From Octopus sinensis (lineage: Eukaryota), in NCBI RefSeq assembly GCF_006345805.1, contig NC_042997.1, positions 83,514,001-83,578,000 of the forward strand: a stretch of 64,000 bases of DNA, given 5' to 3'. The notes under the pieces are model-generated. The model worked only from the letters and a program-made list of their open reading frames with translations. It was not told the DNA's origin and searched no databases. Below, one piece after another: positions 23,177-38,130 of the stretch (its first letter is position 1; each line of letters starts with the position of its first letter). Made by a program: the position numbers and the translations under genes.

Positions 23177-24130
23177 AATAATATGAATACTTATGATGCA
23201 AATATTTTATATATTTTAGTAGTAAACGCAAATGTAAGAAAGAAGGAATGAATAACATAAGAATTCCTAAACAGGCACATGTCATCAGCCCCATAAATTG
23301 TGATAACAATAGTGACATTAATGATAGGTATAGTAACAATATTATAATTGATAATAAAAGTAATGGCCCTGATAATAACAATAGACCTATGAGCAATAAC
23401 CCCAATCATGCAAATAAAAGAAACAATACTGTCTGGCTAATACTACCACATATTATACAAATTAAAAATAACTTAGTAAAAACAATATTTAAGCTAATTA
23501 ACAAATATTTTATAAAAGGAAAAAATAAATAAATACTGGGAAATCATTAATAGTAAAACAGTAAGAATAGGATATAGTATGATGCATAACCTGGCCACTA
23601 TCATCTCCTCCATGAATAATAAAAAAACTTGACACCTTCTACTTAAATAGGAAAAATAATAGCAGTAATACACACTAATAATAACAACAATCATAATAAT
23701 AGTAATAATAATAATAATATTAACACCAGTCATAGCAATAGTAATGATACCACACTTAATGACACCCTCAATATACATATTAACCATACCAGTGTAGCCC
23801 CCGTACAACAGTATAGGCCTTGTGATTGCAAAATTAGCAATAATTGTGTAATTAGTAATAATTGCAATAGAAAAGAAATAGTTTACCAATGTGTAGTGAG
23901 TACACAATCAAGTAATAAGGTATATGTAGGGACCACTCAGAACCATATGAAACACAGGCTAAACTACCATATGTATACCTTCAGAAACAGGCATAGAAGG
24001 AACTCAATGGGATTAAGTAACTATATATGGGACCTCAAGGATAAGAGGTCAATTTACCGGTTAGAGAACATTTTTATTTCTACTCCTGCTATTTAATTTT
24101 AAATAAAAATGTTCTCTAACTGGTAAATTG
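22440..24130 (+). mobile_element. Decayed Penelope-like retroelement (RT thumb + GIY-YIG endonuclease)
   Basis: Broken frames: INYLDINCNLNTG..YINNFSNHP, RNISKRISNLSTNEETFNK, RNNTVWLILP, and the GIY-YIG-type IVYQCVVSTQSSNKVYVGTT...GLSNYIWDLK. Multiple stops and an (AAT)n insertion. Confidence 0.85.
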
Positions 24131-24599
24131 GCTGCTGAAATTTATTAACAGCAGAGTAGTTTCTGGCCTCAGTACGCCAAAGTGAAGACATTTGAAAGAT
24201 ACACCCAAATATAATTTGGAGAACTTTTATACATGCTCTATTTCAGTCAAGCATTCTGTATCTAGTACTGGAAATTATGTTTTGTAAGTGACAGACTACA
24301 CTGTCGATCTTGCAGATATCTGCGTGTTTGCATACGTAGATATCAACAAGTGAAACCATGGTATATAATCGTTTTTTATTTCGTATATTTTCATTTGTCT
24401 TGCTCATTTTTCCATTTTGGTGTTTTGCTGAGATTTTTTTGAGAACACACTCTTCATAGTAATGGCGATTTGACATCTATATTAGGTGTCCACTCCTCTT
24501 AATTTTGTATATAACACAATTTTTAATCTTCGGATTTTTTAAATATGCTAAGCCACTGGTTTTAATTAATATCAATTTCTACCCTTATTACACACACAC

Positions 24600-25290
24600 A
24601 CACATATAAATATATATATATATATAAATATATATACATACATGTATATGTATATATAATATATATAAATATGTATATATAAAAATATATATAATATATA
24701 TATAATATATATAGATATACATGTATATATAATATATATAGATATATATAATATATAGATATACATGTATATGTATATATATAATATATATAAATATGTA
24801 TATATATAAATATATATACATATATATATAAAAATATATACATATATATATAAAATATATATATATATATATATAATATATATATAGATATATAATAATA
24901 TATATAGATATATATATAAATATATATATAATATATATAATAGATATATATATAAATATATATAGATATATATATAAATATATATATATACATATATTAT
25001 ATACATATATATATATACATATATATATACACACATATATACATATATATATATGCATATATATACGTACATATATATACGTACATATATATTAAATAAT
25101 ATATATATACATATGTATATATAAATATATATATACATATGTATATATAAATATATATACAATGTATATATAAATATATATACATATGTATATAAATATA
25201 TATATACATATGTATATATAAATATATATATACATATGTATATATAAATATATATATACATATGTATATATAAATATATATATACATATG

Positions 25291-25322
<32 letters not shown>

Positions 25323-25396
25323 CATATGTATATATAAATATATAATATATAAATATATATATATACATATGTATATATAAATATATATATATATAT

Positions 25397-25431
<35 letters not shown>
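24600..25431. repeat. Long degenerate (TA)n microsatellite with TACATATGTA subunits
   Basis: Direct reading. Confidence 0.95.
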
Positions 25432-25432
<1 letters not shown>

Positions 25433-26266
25433 TAGCAGTATAACCCGGCCTTGCCCGGGATTAAGTTAAGATTATTAAGCTAATCAAGTTTTTATTTTAA
25501 ACCAAACTAAGTAATATAGACGTCAAATTTGGGCGAAATCCGTTGAAATTAGTTATATTACATATATATATTATATATATATATATAATATAATATAAAT
25601 ACATATGGGCAACAGACACGAACACACATACACACACATATGTACGTACACATATTGCATGTTTTGTGCATGCATACATGTTCATAAAAAGAAATGAATG
25701 GAAGAAATGTTGTTAAATTTGTAGATTAACACTCACACGATTTTCATTAAAGTATATATACTAATGATTATAAAATATAGTGTCTTTCAAAAACAAAAAA
25801 CAAAAGATTTTACATTTTATTTTTTATGAACGTCATAACTTACTCTCTCTCTCCCTCTCTCACTTTGTCTTTCCCTGTAAAACTCTCTGCCTCCTTCTTC
25901 CACTTTTCTTTCTTTTTTTTTGTTAGCCGCTGGCAAGAACATTGTCATTTAATCTCTGTCTCTCCCTCTCTCACTTTGTCTTTCCGGTGAAACTCTCTAC
26001 CTCCTTCTTCCACTTTTCTTTATCTTTTTTTTTTGTTAGACGCCATCAAAAAAGCCAAGGCTGATATTTTTCGTGGCTAAAAGCTATGTCTGAAAATAGA
26101 TATTTACACTACCCTACCCACGGGTGCCTTGGGGAACAAAATAAGTTGACAAAACCCAGATAGGATGTTGACAAATGTCCTCCTAAAATTGGAGCGACAT
26201 GCGTGCTAATTTGTGGACGTGCATAAATTACAATCACGTACACACACACATCCTCCTTTTTATAGA
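25432..26266 (-). mobile_element. Non-autonomous Helitron
   Basis: 3' end: hairpin CCCGG-gcaagg-CCGGG, 8 nt, then CTAG followed by T. Putative 5' TC near 26266. Internal duplication of about 100 bp at 25845-26040. Confidence 0.65.
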
Positions 26267-26298
26267 TATGATATATACATATATATATAAATATGTAT

Positions 26299-26341
<43 letters not shown>

Positions 26342-27701
26342 TTAGATAAGGCCGGTTTATGGGATTACCTTGGGCTTCACGTTCAAAAAGGGCTTAGCTT
26401 TATGGCATATCATCAGATACCAAAACCTGTAAGCTAAAGGCCTCCCTGTTGGCTAAATTGGCGCTTCCAGCAAATAAATGTTATTCATAAAGCTTTGGTC
26501 AATAAGGGATCATAGTAGAAGTCATTTGCACAATGTGGTGAGAGTAGCAGGCTGAACCTGAAACCATGTGATGCTGAATTTATGTTTTTAACCACAAAAC
26601 CATGCCTGTGTTCATATATTAAAAAACCCCAACTAAATACAAAATACATAATTATGTATTTTGAATTATTAGATAATGATGATCAAAAACAAACAAAAGA
26701 ATATTAATGGTGGAGGCAAACCATTTAAGTGTGTTTTGCTTACTTATAACTTTAATGAAGTTGTAAAAATAGTCAATCCTTATCATTATAAGGTCAATGT
26801 TTTGCAAAGCTATTATAACATTTATGATTATAAATATTGAATTATTGATCCTGTGCGTGTATTATGCATGTGCCTATGTATCTTGTACCAAAAGCCAAAA
26901 TGTGAGTGTCTCTCATGGTAACTAGCACAGTATTGTTTGTTCTAATAGAACATCCACATTTAAGTGGGGATAAATATTACTACTTGACATCTACATATAT
27001 ACATGAAGAGTTTCTTTCAGCTTCTGTCTACCAAATCCACTCGCAAGGCTTAGGTCAACCCAGGGCTATGGTTGAAGACACCTGTCCAAGGTGCCACATG
27101 GTGGGACTGAATTTCAGAACCATGTGGTTGGGAAGTGAACTTCTTTCCACACAGTCATGCCTGCGCCTATATGTATGTGTCAACAAATATCTAGATACAT
27201 CCATTTTTCTATACTAGCACGGGTTAGATGAATATATCTATCTATCTCTCTCTATATATATATAGTATAGAAGTAATGGTTGATAGTTAAACGCTCCTCC
27301 TATCAATAACCTTTACATGCATTTTAAAGTAAAACATATCCTATTCAATACATATTTGAAAGCAGAAAGCTAGCAGACAATTTGCTGATTATCTTGCAAA
27401 GTGCACAAGATACAAAACTTCATACACACACACACACACATAAATGTATGCAGCTTTCATTCTGTTTCCATCAGCATTGGCTGATCTAGGACTACAGTAG
27501 AGACACTTGCAGTGTCATGCTGTGGGACTGAACCTGAAACAATAACACAACTATATTTGCATCTATACATATGTACATGCATGTATGACATACATACGTA
27601 TATATGACAGAGGTTAAACTATGATAGGACAGAAACAGGTGTCTTGCAGTAGAGGAGATATATGGTTACCCCAGTCAGATTAATGTGTGTGTGTGTATAA
27701 T

Positions 27702-27923
27702 AATCCTTTCTACTATAGGTACAAAGTCCAAAACTTTTTGTGGGTGGTGTGGTTAGTCGATTACAAGGACCCTGCGCTTGACTGGTACTTATTTTATCAA
27801 CTCCAAAAGGATGAAAGGCAAAGTTGACTTAGGTAAATTTTGAACTCAGAATGTAAAGACAGATGAAATGCCACTAAGCATTTTGCCAGGCAAGGTAATG
27901 ATTCTGCCAGCTCAATGCCTTTG

Positions 27924-27964
<41 letters not shown>

Positions 27965-28670
27965 TATAATAATAATAATGATAATAATAATGATGATGAT
28001 GATGATGATGATGATATTGATGATGATGATAATCTTTTCTACTATAGGCACAAGGCTTGAAAGTTTTGGGGAGGGGTTAAGTCGATTACACAGACCCTAG
28101 TACTTAACTGGTACTTAATTTATTGACCCCGAGAGGATGAAAAGCAAAGTCGACCTCAGCGTAATTTGAACTCAGAACGTAAAGATAGGTGAAATACCGC
28201 TAAACATTTTACCTGGCTTGCTAATGATTTTGCCAGCTCACTGCCTTTGTGTGTGTGTAATGATAATAATAATAATGGTTTCAAATTTTGGTGCAAGGCC
28301 AGCAATTTCAGAGAAGGAAATTAGTCGACTACATCAACTCAGTGCTTGACTGATATTTATTTTATTGACTCCAAAGAATGAAATATAAAGTAGACCAAGG
28401 CAGAATTTCAACTCAGAGCATAAAGTCAGATGAAAAGCTGCTAAGTATATTGCCCGGTGTGCTAATGATTCAGCCAGCTCACTGCCTTTGTGTGTAGTAG
28501 TAGTAGTAGTAGTAGTAGTATTAATAATAATAATCCTTTCTATTAAAGGTACAAGGCCTGAAATTTGGGGAGAGAGGATTGTTGATTACATTATCTCCAG
28601 CGTTTCAATGGTACTTAGTTTATTGACCCTGAGAGTATGAAAGGCAAAGCCGATCTCGGCAGAAATAATA
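27702..28670 (-). repeat. Head-to-tail array of about 4 copies of the same SINE family
   Basis: Reverse-complement copies separated by (AAT)n/(GAT)n/(GTA)n. Further minus-strand copies at 12948-13500, 17745-18185 and 54460-55700. Confidence 0.85.
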
Positions 28671-30775
28671 ATAAAAACCACAAACTCTAAAAACTATATT
28701 CTAAAATGCTTTAACTGCATTTAACATTGTAGAAATGTTTAAATGGGAAACAAAAACCCACCTCCAAAAGAATAAAAGTGATGCAGAAAAGGTACAGATG
28801 GCAGTCAAGATCTATAACTAAGGACTGTAGAAGGAAATAGAATGGTTCAAATATGTCATTCATTAATTACCAGAAGTTAATTGTCATGGAATCTGGAAAA
28901 AGTTGGCTTGAGTAAGTTAGCACTAGTAATAAGCAGGTGCATTTAAAATGTCATGCATAAATGGCAAATAATTCTGAGAAACATATAAAAGAGGGAATTA
29001 TGGAAAAAACACTAATTCTATCCTCATTATAAAGAGAAATATTCCAAGGGAATGTTCACTCTCAACTCATTTTTTGTCTGGCATTAATCCCTTTAAACAA
29101 CACAAATATTAAATAAGGCTGAACTTGGATACAGATATTATTTGAGAACAATTAACTCTCTTTTATATATAAATTACCTTAAGTTTTATTCTGTGGATAG
29201 AAAACACCTAGAAACACTGATACATACAATACACAGATTCAGTACAGAGACAGACATGAAATTTTTCTTAGAAAAGATACGCTGAAACAAGCCTGAAGAG
29301 AGGAAGATTAATGAAAACCACAACCATCTTGTTAGATAATGAAAGAAGACAAGAGAATTTCACCCAACACAAGCTTACAAACAATTGAAAATTAATGAAA
29401 TTACACAAATATATCTTTTTAATATTTAGAATAGCTAAATCTCACCAAAAAGTAACAGACATCAATATATTCTAGCTCTTCCAGTAATGATAAGTTATAA
29501 TAGGTCACTGCTTCCATAGCTGAATAGAACAAAATCCTTAAGTATTGAGACTTGTCAGTGAACCATTTCTTCCAACCTGTGGTGCTTGAGGAGCTGGGCT
29601 GCTAACAATGAAGTTCTTATCATTTTTGGCAGCTCACCTTACTAAGGTGTCAGGTGATACCTGTGAGGGTATTTGGCTTGCCTCAGTAGGTTCTGTTGAC
29701 CCTTGTGGTGTGAAACTAATTGAAGCACTTAGTGTTGATTTGATGTTTTTGTCTTTCTTTTCCTTTCTTTCTTCCTTTTTTCTTTTCTTTTTCTTTCTTC
29801 ACTCAAGTTCGTGTTTTCTTTGGTTTTGGATTTGTATTCTAATGTGGTTTTGTATTATATGAGAAGGTGCAGAAAATTTCCTGGTTTTAAGAGTGTTAAT
29901 AAAGGCCTGGTTGGAGGCCTAGCCTTTCAAGTTCTTTCCCAGGGTTTAGGAAAACAGAAGGACTACTGTAATAACTGTGAGAATCTGAGAGGGGAATATG
30001 TTGAATAAAATCATAATTAATTGATCCTCCTGTATTTTCTTTTACCCAAAGCAAGGAACTTTTCAGCATTCACTCATATATGCATCATATACATACATGT
30101 TATATATGTAATTATTAAAGTATCTAAATTTTTAATATAACAAACAAGAAGCTAAATGAAATAGTAAGACTACACAGGAAAATCTGAAAAATAGTGGCTG
30201 TATTTACAATACACAACCCCAAATCTGACACCAAAAGAATATTTTTTCTATGAATACAAGAAGGTAAAAGTCTTCTGCAACTAGGAAATTATCTTATAGT
30301 GTCTACTGTTGGAGGACAGAAATATTTAGTAAAGAAGGAAGAGGAAACCAATAGAAAGAGCAAAACTCTAATGAAACAGAAACTATTTTCTATCTTGAAG
30401 GAAGCCAATGAGTATGAAACAGAGTTTAGTTAACAGAGAACAGTGTAGAGGATGAAAAAAAACCCAGAAATCCTTAAAAAAAAAATGCTGAAAATATTAG
30501 AAAAAGAAAAGTCCCTACGTAGTCAATACTTGACAAAATCAGAGCAAAAATAGAAGTGCAAAAGACAATTTGGAACTTGTTGAGAAGAGTAGGATTCAAA
30601 ACTGAGAACGACACAAAACTAAATCCTTCCCTCCAGAACTACTAAAAAAATATAAAGAAATAGAAAACAAAAAATAACTATGACTATATGTTATCAAAAA
30701 ACAATTTATTTAATTGTTTGTGGTTGCTCAGTCTTAATCAAAAGGACATGCAGCAACACACACACACACACACAT

Positions 30776-30813
<38 letters not shown>

Positions 30814-31299
30814 TCTTAGATGCATATATTGATTTGTGAATACAAAATTATACTGTATAATGCCAAGCATGCATATTAATGCAAACATAATTTCTTCCAC
30901 ACTGAAATTATTATGACATGAAGAAGGCTGTGAAACAGCTATAATCCTAAGAATGTTGCTTAGTTAAATAAATAAATTCACCTTTCATACCCACAGACGT
31001 TTTATGGTTTATGTACACCTCACAAAGTAATTTCATCAATTGAATCTTCTGGATTTCAATTACATGGACACTATACATTACACTTCTCTGTATTAGATTG
31101 CTGTGTGGACTAAAAGCTAAGTCTCATAGAGGAGCTGTCTTTGATAGCCACATGATTCTCTGAATCCATATCTTATGCTTTAAATTTACACATTCACACA
31201 TATATAAATACATATATACATATATATACATACACACACATATATATATATACACACATTCACACACACACACACAATCCAAACAACCTTTGAATGTCA

Positions 31300-32290
31300 C
31301 ATTGTACTGCTCAGACAACACATGCCAAACAGTAAAGAAAGAAAAGAGTATATTCCATGTATACTCAAAAATTAAAGCCACATCATCAGTGTTAGAGAAG
31401 AACTACTGTGCAGGTACTCTGAGAATACAACTGTCTCATGTGACCCAAAGGGGGCGGGTTAACCTACCTAAACAGAAGCTTGGAGGAGAATCAGGCATCA
31501 TACCAACAAAAAGCAATGCATTGGTACATATCCTATAAGCTAGAGGGCAACAACAGCATTGACAAGAGTAGCTTCTCCTGGACCTGCAATAGATACATTA
31601 CATCTTATCTAAAAGGATATGCCTTTGCTACCTGGTAACAGGAGAAAGCTATGAAATTCCTGATAAACAAAAGAGACAAAGATACCATCAAACTTCCATG
31701 TTGTGATAAAAAATGTCAGCTCTGCTATACCAGTGTGGAAGATATCACTCACATCATCAGCAGCTGCCCCAAAATGTCTACAAGATACTACCTGCCACTG
31801 AGGCACAATAAAAACTTTTCACAATGCTATCTGTAAGAAGGACTGCCCTGATGTATACATCAAAGGTGCATCAGAACCAGCTGGTATTCACACTTTTAAA
31901 AAACAAATAGCAGTGAATACCTCAACAAAAACATCAATTCAGTGCAAACATAACAGAACGGATGCTGTTCTATGGGACAGAGAATAAAAGTCATGTGCTG
32001 CTGTAGAGGCCAGCTGCCCAGCAGACATGAATGTACAATCAAAAGTCCAAGGAAAAGAGAACATTTATAGTGAATGCAGAATTTACAGCTCTTGTATCCT
32101 GACTATGAATTCTCATCTGTGCCTATCATCATAGGTTCATTAGATTATGGGCCAACAAATTTGCACAAAAACCTAGGAACATTTGGTTTCACAGGAAAAA
32201 AGCAAAAGAAACTGACACAGATTCTCCAAATACAATCTATTAGTGGCACAGTGAAGATTTGTAAGACATTCCAGAAATTCTCCATGTGAA
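31300..32290 (+). mobile_element. 5'-truncated non-LTR retrotransposon with CCHC finger and restriction-like endonuclease (R4/Dong-like)
   Basis: KFLINKRD..CQLC..EDITHIISSC..YYLPLRH, HNRTD, SSVPIIIGSLDY, IQSISGTVKICKTFQKF; frameshifted. Confidence 0.8.
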
Positions 32291-33376
32291 ATTCTTATGT
32301 GAATAGATGCACACACTTCAGTGTATGCATTGACAGTTCAACTAACGCACTAACTCAACTACATATTCACAAACATCAGGAACTCTCTTAATTCAAAAAG
32401 ACTTGTTGCTTTATTATCAACTAGTTCGAACTCTCTCAAGAAGAACTTAAATTAAACTCAAAGAAAAAACATATATACATAGACTCTAATGCAAACATGC
32501 TATCTTAAAGATAGCATGTTTGGTAATGACTGTATTTTGTAAACAACCTCTGCAGCCATTCTTTGTATTGTTTACTGTGGAGTGGCAATAGATTTTCTCC
32601 ATTTGTCTGTTTTATTGTCTTTTCTTTGGAGTTTATGAACTTTGAATATTATCTGCTTCAGGCATGTAATGTTTCTTTGTACCAGCTGTCATTGTTGTCT
32701 TCTCTGTCTGACACTCTCAGGTCTTTTATCTTACCCCTAAACTGATACTGAACTAACTTCTTGTTTACAGTACTTAAAATTGAAATATAGTAAAGTAAAT
32801 CAGAAAGTGAAACTGCAACAAGTGAAATGAAGTATAAAACTGCAGTGCTGGTATGTTTGCAGCTTCACAAAATAAAATTGGGGAAAATTAAACTTTTATG
32901 CAAAATTTATGAATTGGAAAGTTTTGCATACACCCATTAATGAAAATGGTATGTTTTTGAAATGATATTGGAAAGACAGACAGACAAATTATTTGAAAGG
33001 ATATTTTGGCAATGTTATACCTGAATGCAATAAACTACAAAACATTTATGATATTGAAGAAAAATGATGAGGAATTTGTATGATTTGCGACATTCCAGAC
33101 ATGAAATGAGATATTGAGAAGTTGGTATTCAAGTGAAAGCACATAAAACTGTAAGGAAAGGGTCTTTATGTAAGTGAAAAAGTATGGAGAACCTGAAAAT
33201 AATTCCTAAACAAATTTGTAGATGACAAGGACAAAATGTAGAAAGCAAATAATAATAAACAGATATTGATGACATGAAAGCAATTTAAGGAAAATGTTAA
33301 ATTTCAGATGGTATAGACAAAATTATTGATAACATGAAGAAACTTTAATAAAACATTATCTCTGAGAGGATATCTA

Positions 33377-33455
<79 letters not shown>

Positions 33456-34223
33456 TATATATATATAAGTAGCAGAGGGTAAAAAAAATTGTAATAAATA
33501 GGCATTATATTAAAGAAGAATTATGTGGGACATGAAAACATTAAAATTTGTAGAAATTGTTAAATGTAAACTTTAAAAGATAGAGAGTGAAATAATTTTA
33601 TCATGAAATATTTAGAACGATGTATTGTCAGTGACATGGCAGGAAAAGGTAGAAGTGAAACGATAACAAGACTGTTATTAAAGGAAAAATATTGATAACA
33701 TGAAAGAACATAGAAGAAAACTTAAAATGAAACTTTAACAAAATGGTTAGTGAAGTAAAATTTTATTGATAATGTGAAAGAAAGTTTCAGAAAACTCTAA
33801 GTTAAAGTCTCTATATATGCATTAAGGAGAATGATAAATGCGAAAATTAAAGGAAATATACAGGAAAATACTTTGAACTTTGCAGCACTAATAGATGTGG
33901 AAGATAGCAATTTTTTTATTTTTATTTTATGTAATGATGAAGCTACAAGTTATACTGGAGTGGATGTTAGGTGGAAGTAGCCAAAACATGATATTACAGG
34001 GTTGGAACTTTGTACAATGAAAAATCATGCCAGCAATATAAAATAATAACAGAAAATAGCAGAAACATATACCAGAAAAAATCTCAGAGAATGAATGGCA
34101 AAGTGATCTATATGAACAAAGATATTAAGGAAAATTCTCCAACTACATTGCCAAAGACAATTAGAAAAAAGAAGTAACTCCTACCTAATGTATCAATCTG
34201 AATGGACAATAAAATATATCTAA

Positions 34224-34442
34224 CCCTTTTGATACCAACCTACTTGAGACAGCCCCTGTTTCAATGATAAAATTTTGCTATTTTAAAATGATTTAAATTG
34301 AATCTTTCCTTCAAAATTCTGTGTTAATTTATGTTCCAAACTCTAGCTTAATAATGACAAAATTATTTTAATAAATTCATTATTTTCAAAATTAATTGGG
34401 ACAAAAGCTACATATTTCAACAGAAATATGGTAATGAAAGGG
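34224..34442. mobile_element. piggyBac-like MITE
   Basis: Termini CCCTTT...AAAGGG, TTAA on the right and CTAA on the left. Related ends at about 8379, 46743 and 50113. Confidence 0.6.
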
Positions 34443-34539
34443 TTAAATGAAATGTAGTCAGCAGAGAAATTTTAAAGATCTGAAATTAGATAACCAAAAT
34501 GAGGAGAGTGAGAACAGAATCAGTTCATATAATTATAGC

Positions 34540-34740
34540 TGCTATGGAAAAATAATGACTGCATTTAAAATACATCACCCAAAAGCTGACATAGGAAGAA
34601 TATATTTGCCACAACTAAAAAATAAGGACTTACAAACACAGCATCCAGAGTATTTTCAACACTAGAGAAAAACCATATAAACAAAAGAAAACACTGATTT
34701 ATTCAGGGCACGTAAAGCTGTGTGGGATGCTTGATAAAAG
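34540..34740 (+). mobile_element. R4/Dong-like LINE fragment
   Basis: HHPKADIGRIYLP resembles the HPKADxxRLYLPR motif. Confidence 0.55.
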
Positions 34741-36456
34741 CTCAAAATATTTAATATATATGTCAACAAATTAAGATACAATACACAAGACAGTTAACAC
34801 ACTATGATCAAGACAGTTAACATACACATCAATGACTAAAACAGTCAACACCCATGTCTATAACCAAGATAGTTAACAAAGTCATCAATGACAAAGATAG
34901 ATAACACACATCAATTTTGAATTCTGCAATACAATGAAGTTCATCAATGTTTGCCCGGATGAAGCAAAACAGCTTCAATGAAGCTATCCAATTTTAGCAA
35001 GGATAATGCATAAACAGAAACCTAGCTTTTGGGCACTTTTTAATCTTTCCCATTCATGAAAATACTTCAGCCCCAGCATTCAACAACTTGCTGTCTACTT
35101 CAAAAATGGTCAATGAGTTTTCTTCATTCAAGCAATTGTACAGTGAGCATGAAGTTAGACAAGCTGTATCAAGATTGTCTCTCCACAAAAACACTGGAGA
35201 ACCAAAGAAGTTCTCAAGATGTCAAAAGATTGTTTAGGTTGAACTAAATGTATAATGTCTCACAAGAAAACTCTAGAGACCCTGGATAAGATATTGAAGG
35301 ATTTGCATGAAAATAAATCTCAGAAAGCAGTAGATCTCAGTAGCAGTAGTACTGTCAGCTGACTGCCATCTGCTTGTCAGTGATCCAAAATGAACCAAAG
35401 TCAATGAAATCCAGGCTTGTCTTAAATTGTCATTGCTTTGGATCAAAATCAAAATCTTAAAATCGTTTACAAACATATGTGTCAATTGATTTAGAGATCA
35501 GCTAAAAACCATCTTTGCATAGGAATCTCAAGTGCTGAAAGCCCCCATAAGATCACTATTCATGCCTCTATTGGTAAAACCAAAACACAAAGCATGCTCC
35601 TGAAGAGCTGTTAGGATAATGGCCAAAATTGTCGAAGTAATATGGCTACAGATCTAATAATATTTAATCTGGAACTTATTACAACTCTCTATATAATTTC
35701 TTTATGACTGCATGTATTGCAGTTCTGGTATTTGAGTGTGTGGATTTTCCTGGAGTACTCCATTTTCCACATGCTATTAAAATGATTATATTTTCATGAT
35801 ACAGCAGTTTCTGCTAATTTTTCAAATCATTTTAAGAATTAAAGAATTTCAAGAATAAAAAATAACATGTTCATGTTATTTTCAAAATAGTTTCAAAAGA
35901 AATAAAACTGTAAACACATTTTATTATGTCCTTATATCCTTATATTATGTCCCTTATACACATGCACACAGCATATCCTGTGATGTTAAGTAATATGCTT
36001 GAATTATATATCATTTGTCATTTGTACAATTAAATAGCAAAATATACTATTAATACTGAGTATCTCTCAGTAGTACAAATTACTACAAATGTACTGAAAA
36101 ATAATTTAATTTCTTACATGAAAGATAACTATTCAAAACAAATGCAGTAGCATTGTTCTATTAAACTGAATAAGTACTCATTATGAAAAATTCTAGGCCA
36201 TTTCTCGGTATTTTCCAGTCTGGACAATACTGAATATTTTGCAATCTAGCATGCATGTGTGTGCAGGTGTGTGTGCATGTGTGTGTGTGTGTGTGCGTGC
36301 GTGTGCATACATGTATGTGCATATGAATATGTGTTTGTGTATGTGAGTATGTGTATGTGCATATGCTGTGTGCATGTGTATAAGGGACATAATATAAGGC
36401 CTTAGGACATAAGAAGCCAACAGAACATTGTAGAATATGACATTAAAATACATTAC

Positions 36457-36658
36457 ACGTAGTATATAATGGATGCAGCCATCATTGTGTTTGCATAGTG
36501 GATGTCGTGGAGACTGTTCAAAGCGCTTCTTCAATGATTTTATATATTCTAAGTATTTATTGGAATTATATTTTAAAGGACTTGCTCCCAAATTCTGCTC
36601 GTTTTCACAGTAACTATCCTCTGTAGAGTCTGCATGTTCTTCAGCACCCACAAAGAAT
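36457..36658 (-). CDS. TMEM135: TMEM135 internal exon, 202 nt: FFVGAEE...SPRHPLCKHNDGCIHYILR
   Basis: Acceptor ttttcAG, donor GTaatg. Matches the FIVGKEE and PRHRCCKHYEDNCISYCIK motifs of TMEM135. Ends in phase 0. Confidence 0.9.
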
Positions 36659-36949
36659 CTGAAAATATATATAAAAAAACAAACAAACAAAACAACATAA
36701 AAATCAGTAAAAGTTGTTGTAAATAACTAAATCATCATTATCAATACAATCTGACTCCTTAAAGAGTAACCTTATTTTAATGACCCCAAAATTGACTTTG
36801 CTTTTCATTTTTTGGGGGACAGTAAAATAAATATCAGTTGAGCACTGGGGGCCAATGTAACTGACTTACTCTTGCCTCTAAAAGTGCTGGTCTTGTGCCT
36901 TTGGATTCTTTTGCTTTTGGCTTATTTATTATTTAGCTTCAAGTCATGT

Positions 36950-37400
36950 AGCTTGGAGTGTACAAGTTCCTAGTGACTCTGACCCTTCCATATGGGTGTG
37001 AAAGCTGGACCCTTACAGCTGACATGGTTCAAAGGGGCATTTAAGCACAAGTGCTTCAGAAGGCTGATACACAACCCATATACAGAGCACAGAATGAACA
37101 GTTTTGTCTGGCAGCAAGTCAAAAAATATGCTGGCACACAGGATCCACTTATTGTGCAGGTAAAAATATGAATGCTAGTCTGGGGCTGTCATGTATCCTG
37201 CAAAAACTCCCTGTCCAAAACAATTCTTCAGGCTACATTTAAGGGAGGGTGAAAGAGAGGCAAACAGAGAAGATCTAGGTTTGACTAACATCAAGGACTG
37301 GATGGGTCACAACACTGGGAATGCTGCACATGACAGAGAACAGAAACCAGCACTAACAGCTGACTATGAAAGTATCTACAGTAGCATACCAATGACTGGT
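36950..37400 (+). mobile_element. Highly decayed RTE-clade LINE 3' remnant
   Basis: WTLTADMVQRGI..QNNSSGYI.GR..RQ..KDW pattern, with many lesions. Confidence 0.55.
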
Positions 37401-37679
37401 TGCTTCAGTTAAGGGATCTTGATGATGATGAGCTTCAAGTCAACTCAGAGATCAGTCATAAATAATCAAAGGCATTACATCTATTACTCTTCACATAATG
37501 TATCTATAACTATATTATTTAATTTATTCTTTCTCTTTTTAGGGTAACTAACACAATGACGGAGATAAGCTGCTATTTCTAGTAGATTAAATGATTATGT
37601 AAAAGCACACTCTTTGATTCTTGTTTATTTGTTTCAAATTCTATCCATCCATCTTCTCCACCCACTATTCCTGGGAGAG

Positions 37680-38130
37680 TCATGGAACCAAGTCCTTAAG
37701 TATCTCCTCCATAGGGACCTCTCAGAAGCAAAGCATCATTACACTTTCTGGCTGGATTCCAAAGTATGACCAGTAGAGACAATGAATATTCTCCAAAAAT
37801 ATCATTTTTGGTCTACCCCTAGGTCTGTTGCTTGCTGACTCGGCTTGAAGAATTCATCCTGCAACTCTTTCCTGCAACATTCCAGTCACATGTCTATAGT
37901 ACCAGGGCTGTGACTTCTCAAGTAATGGCTCAAGTGGAGAGACTTTTTGGTCTCTGAGTTATACATCCTGTTGAGAAGCATTACTCCAAAGACCAATTGG
38001 AGGAACCTAGTTTTGGTTGCATATAATCACACTTGTACACTTTTTGTCATTACTCACCATACATGACTATACGTAAGGACAGGCATGAAAACTGAATTGA
38101 ACACAATGTGTTTACCGATCATCTACAGTA
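37680..38130 (-). mobile_element. Decayed RTE-like LINE 3' remnant
   Basis: Minus strand: VFMPVLTYSH..VMT, PLLEKSQPWYYRHV, RPRGRP. Confidence 0.6.

Noticed and set aside
29608-30008. ORFs in a purine/pyrimidine-skewed stretch
   Set aside because: Low complexity, interrupted frames and no recognisable domain.
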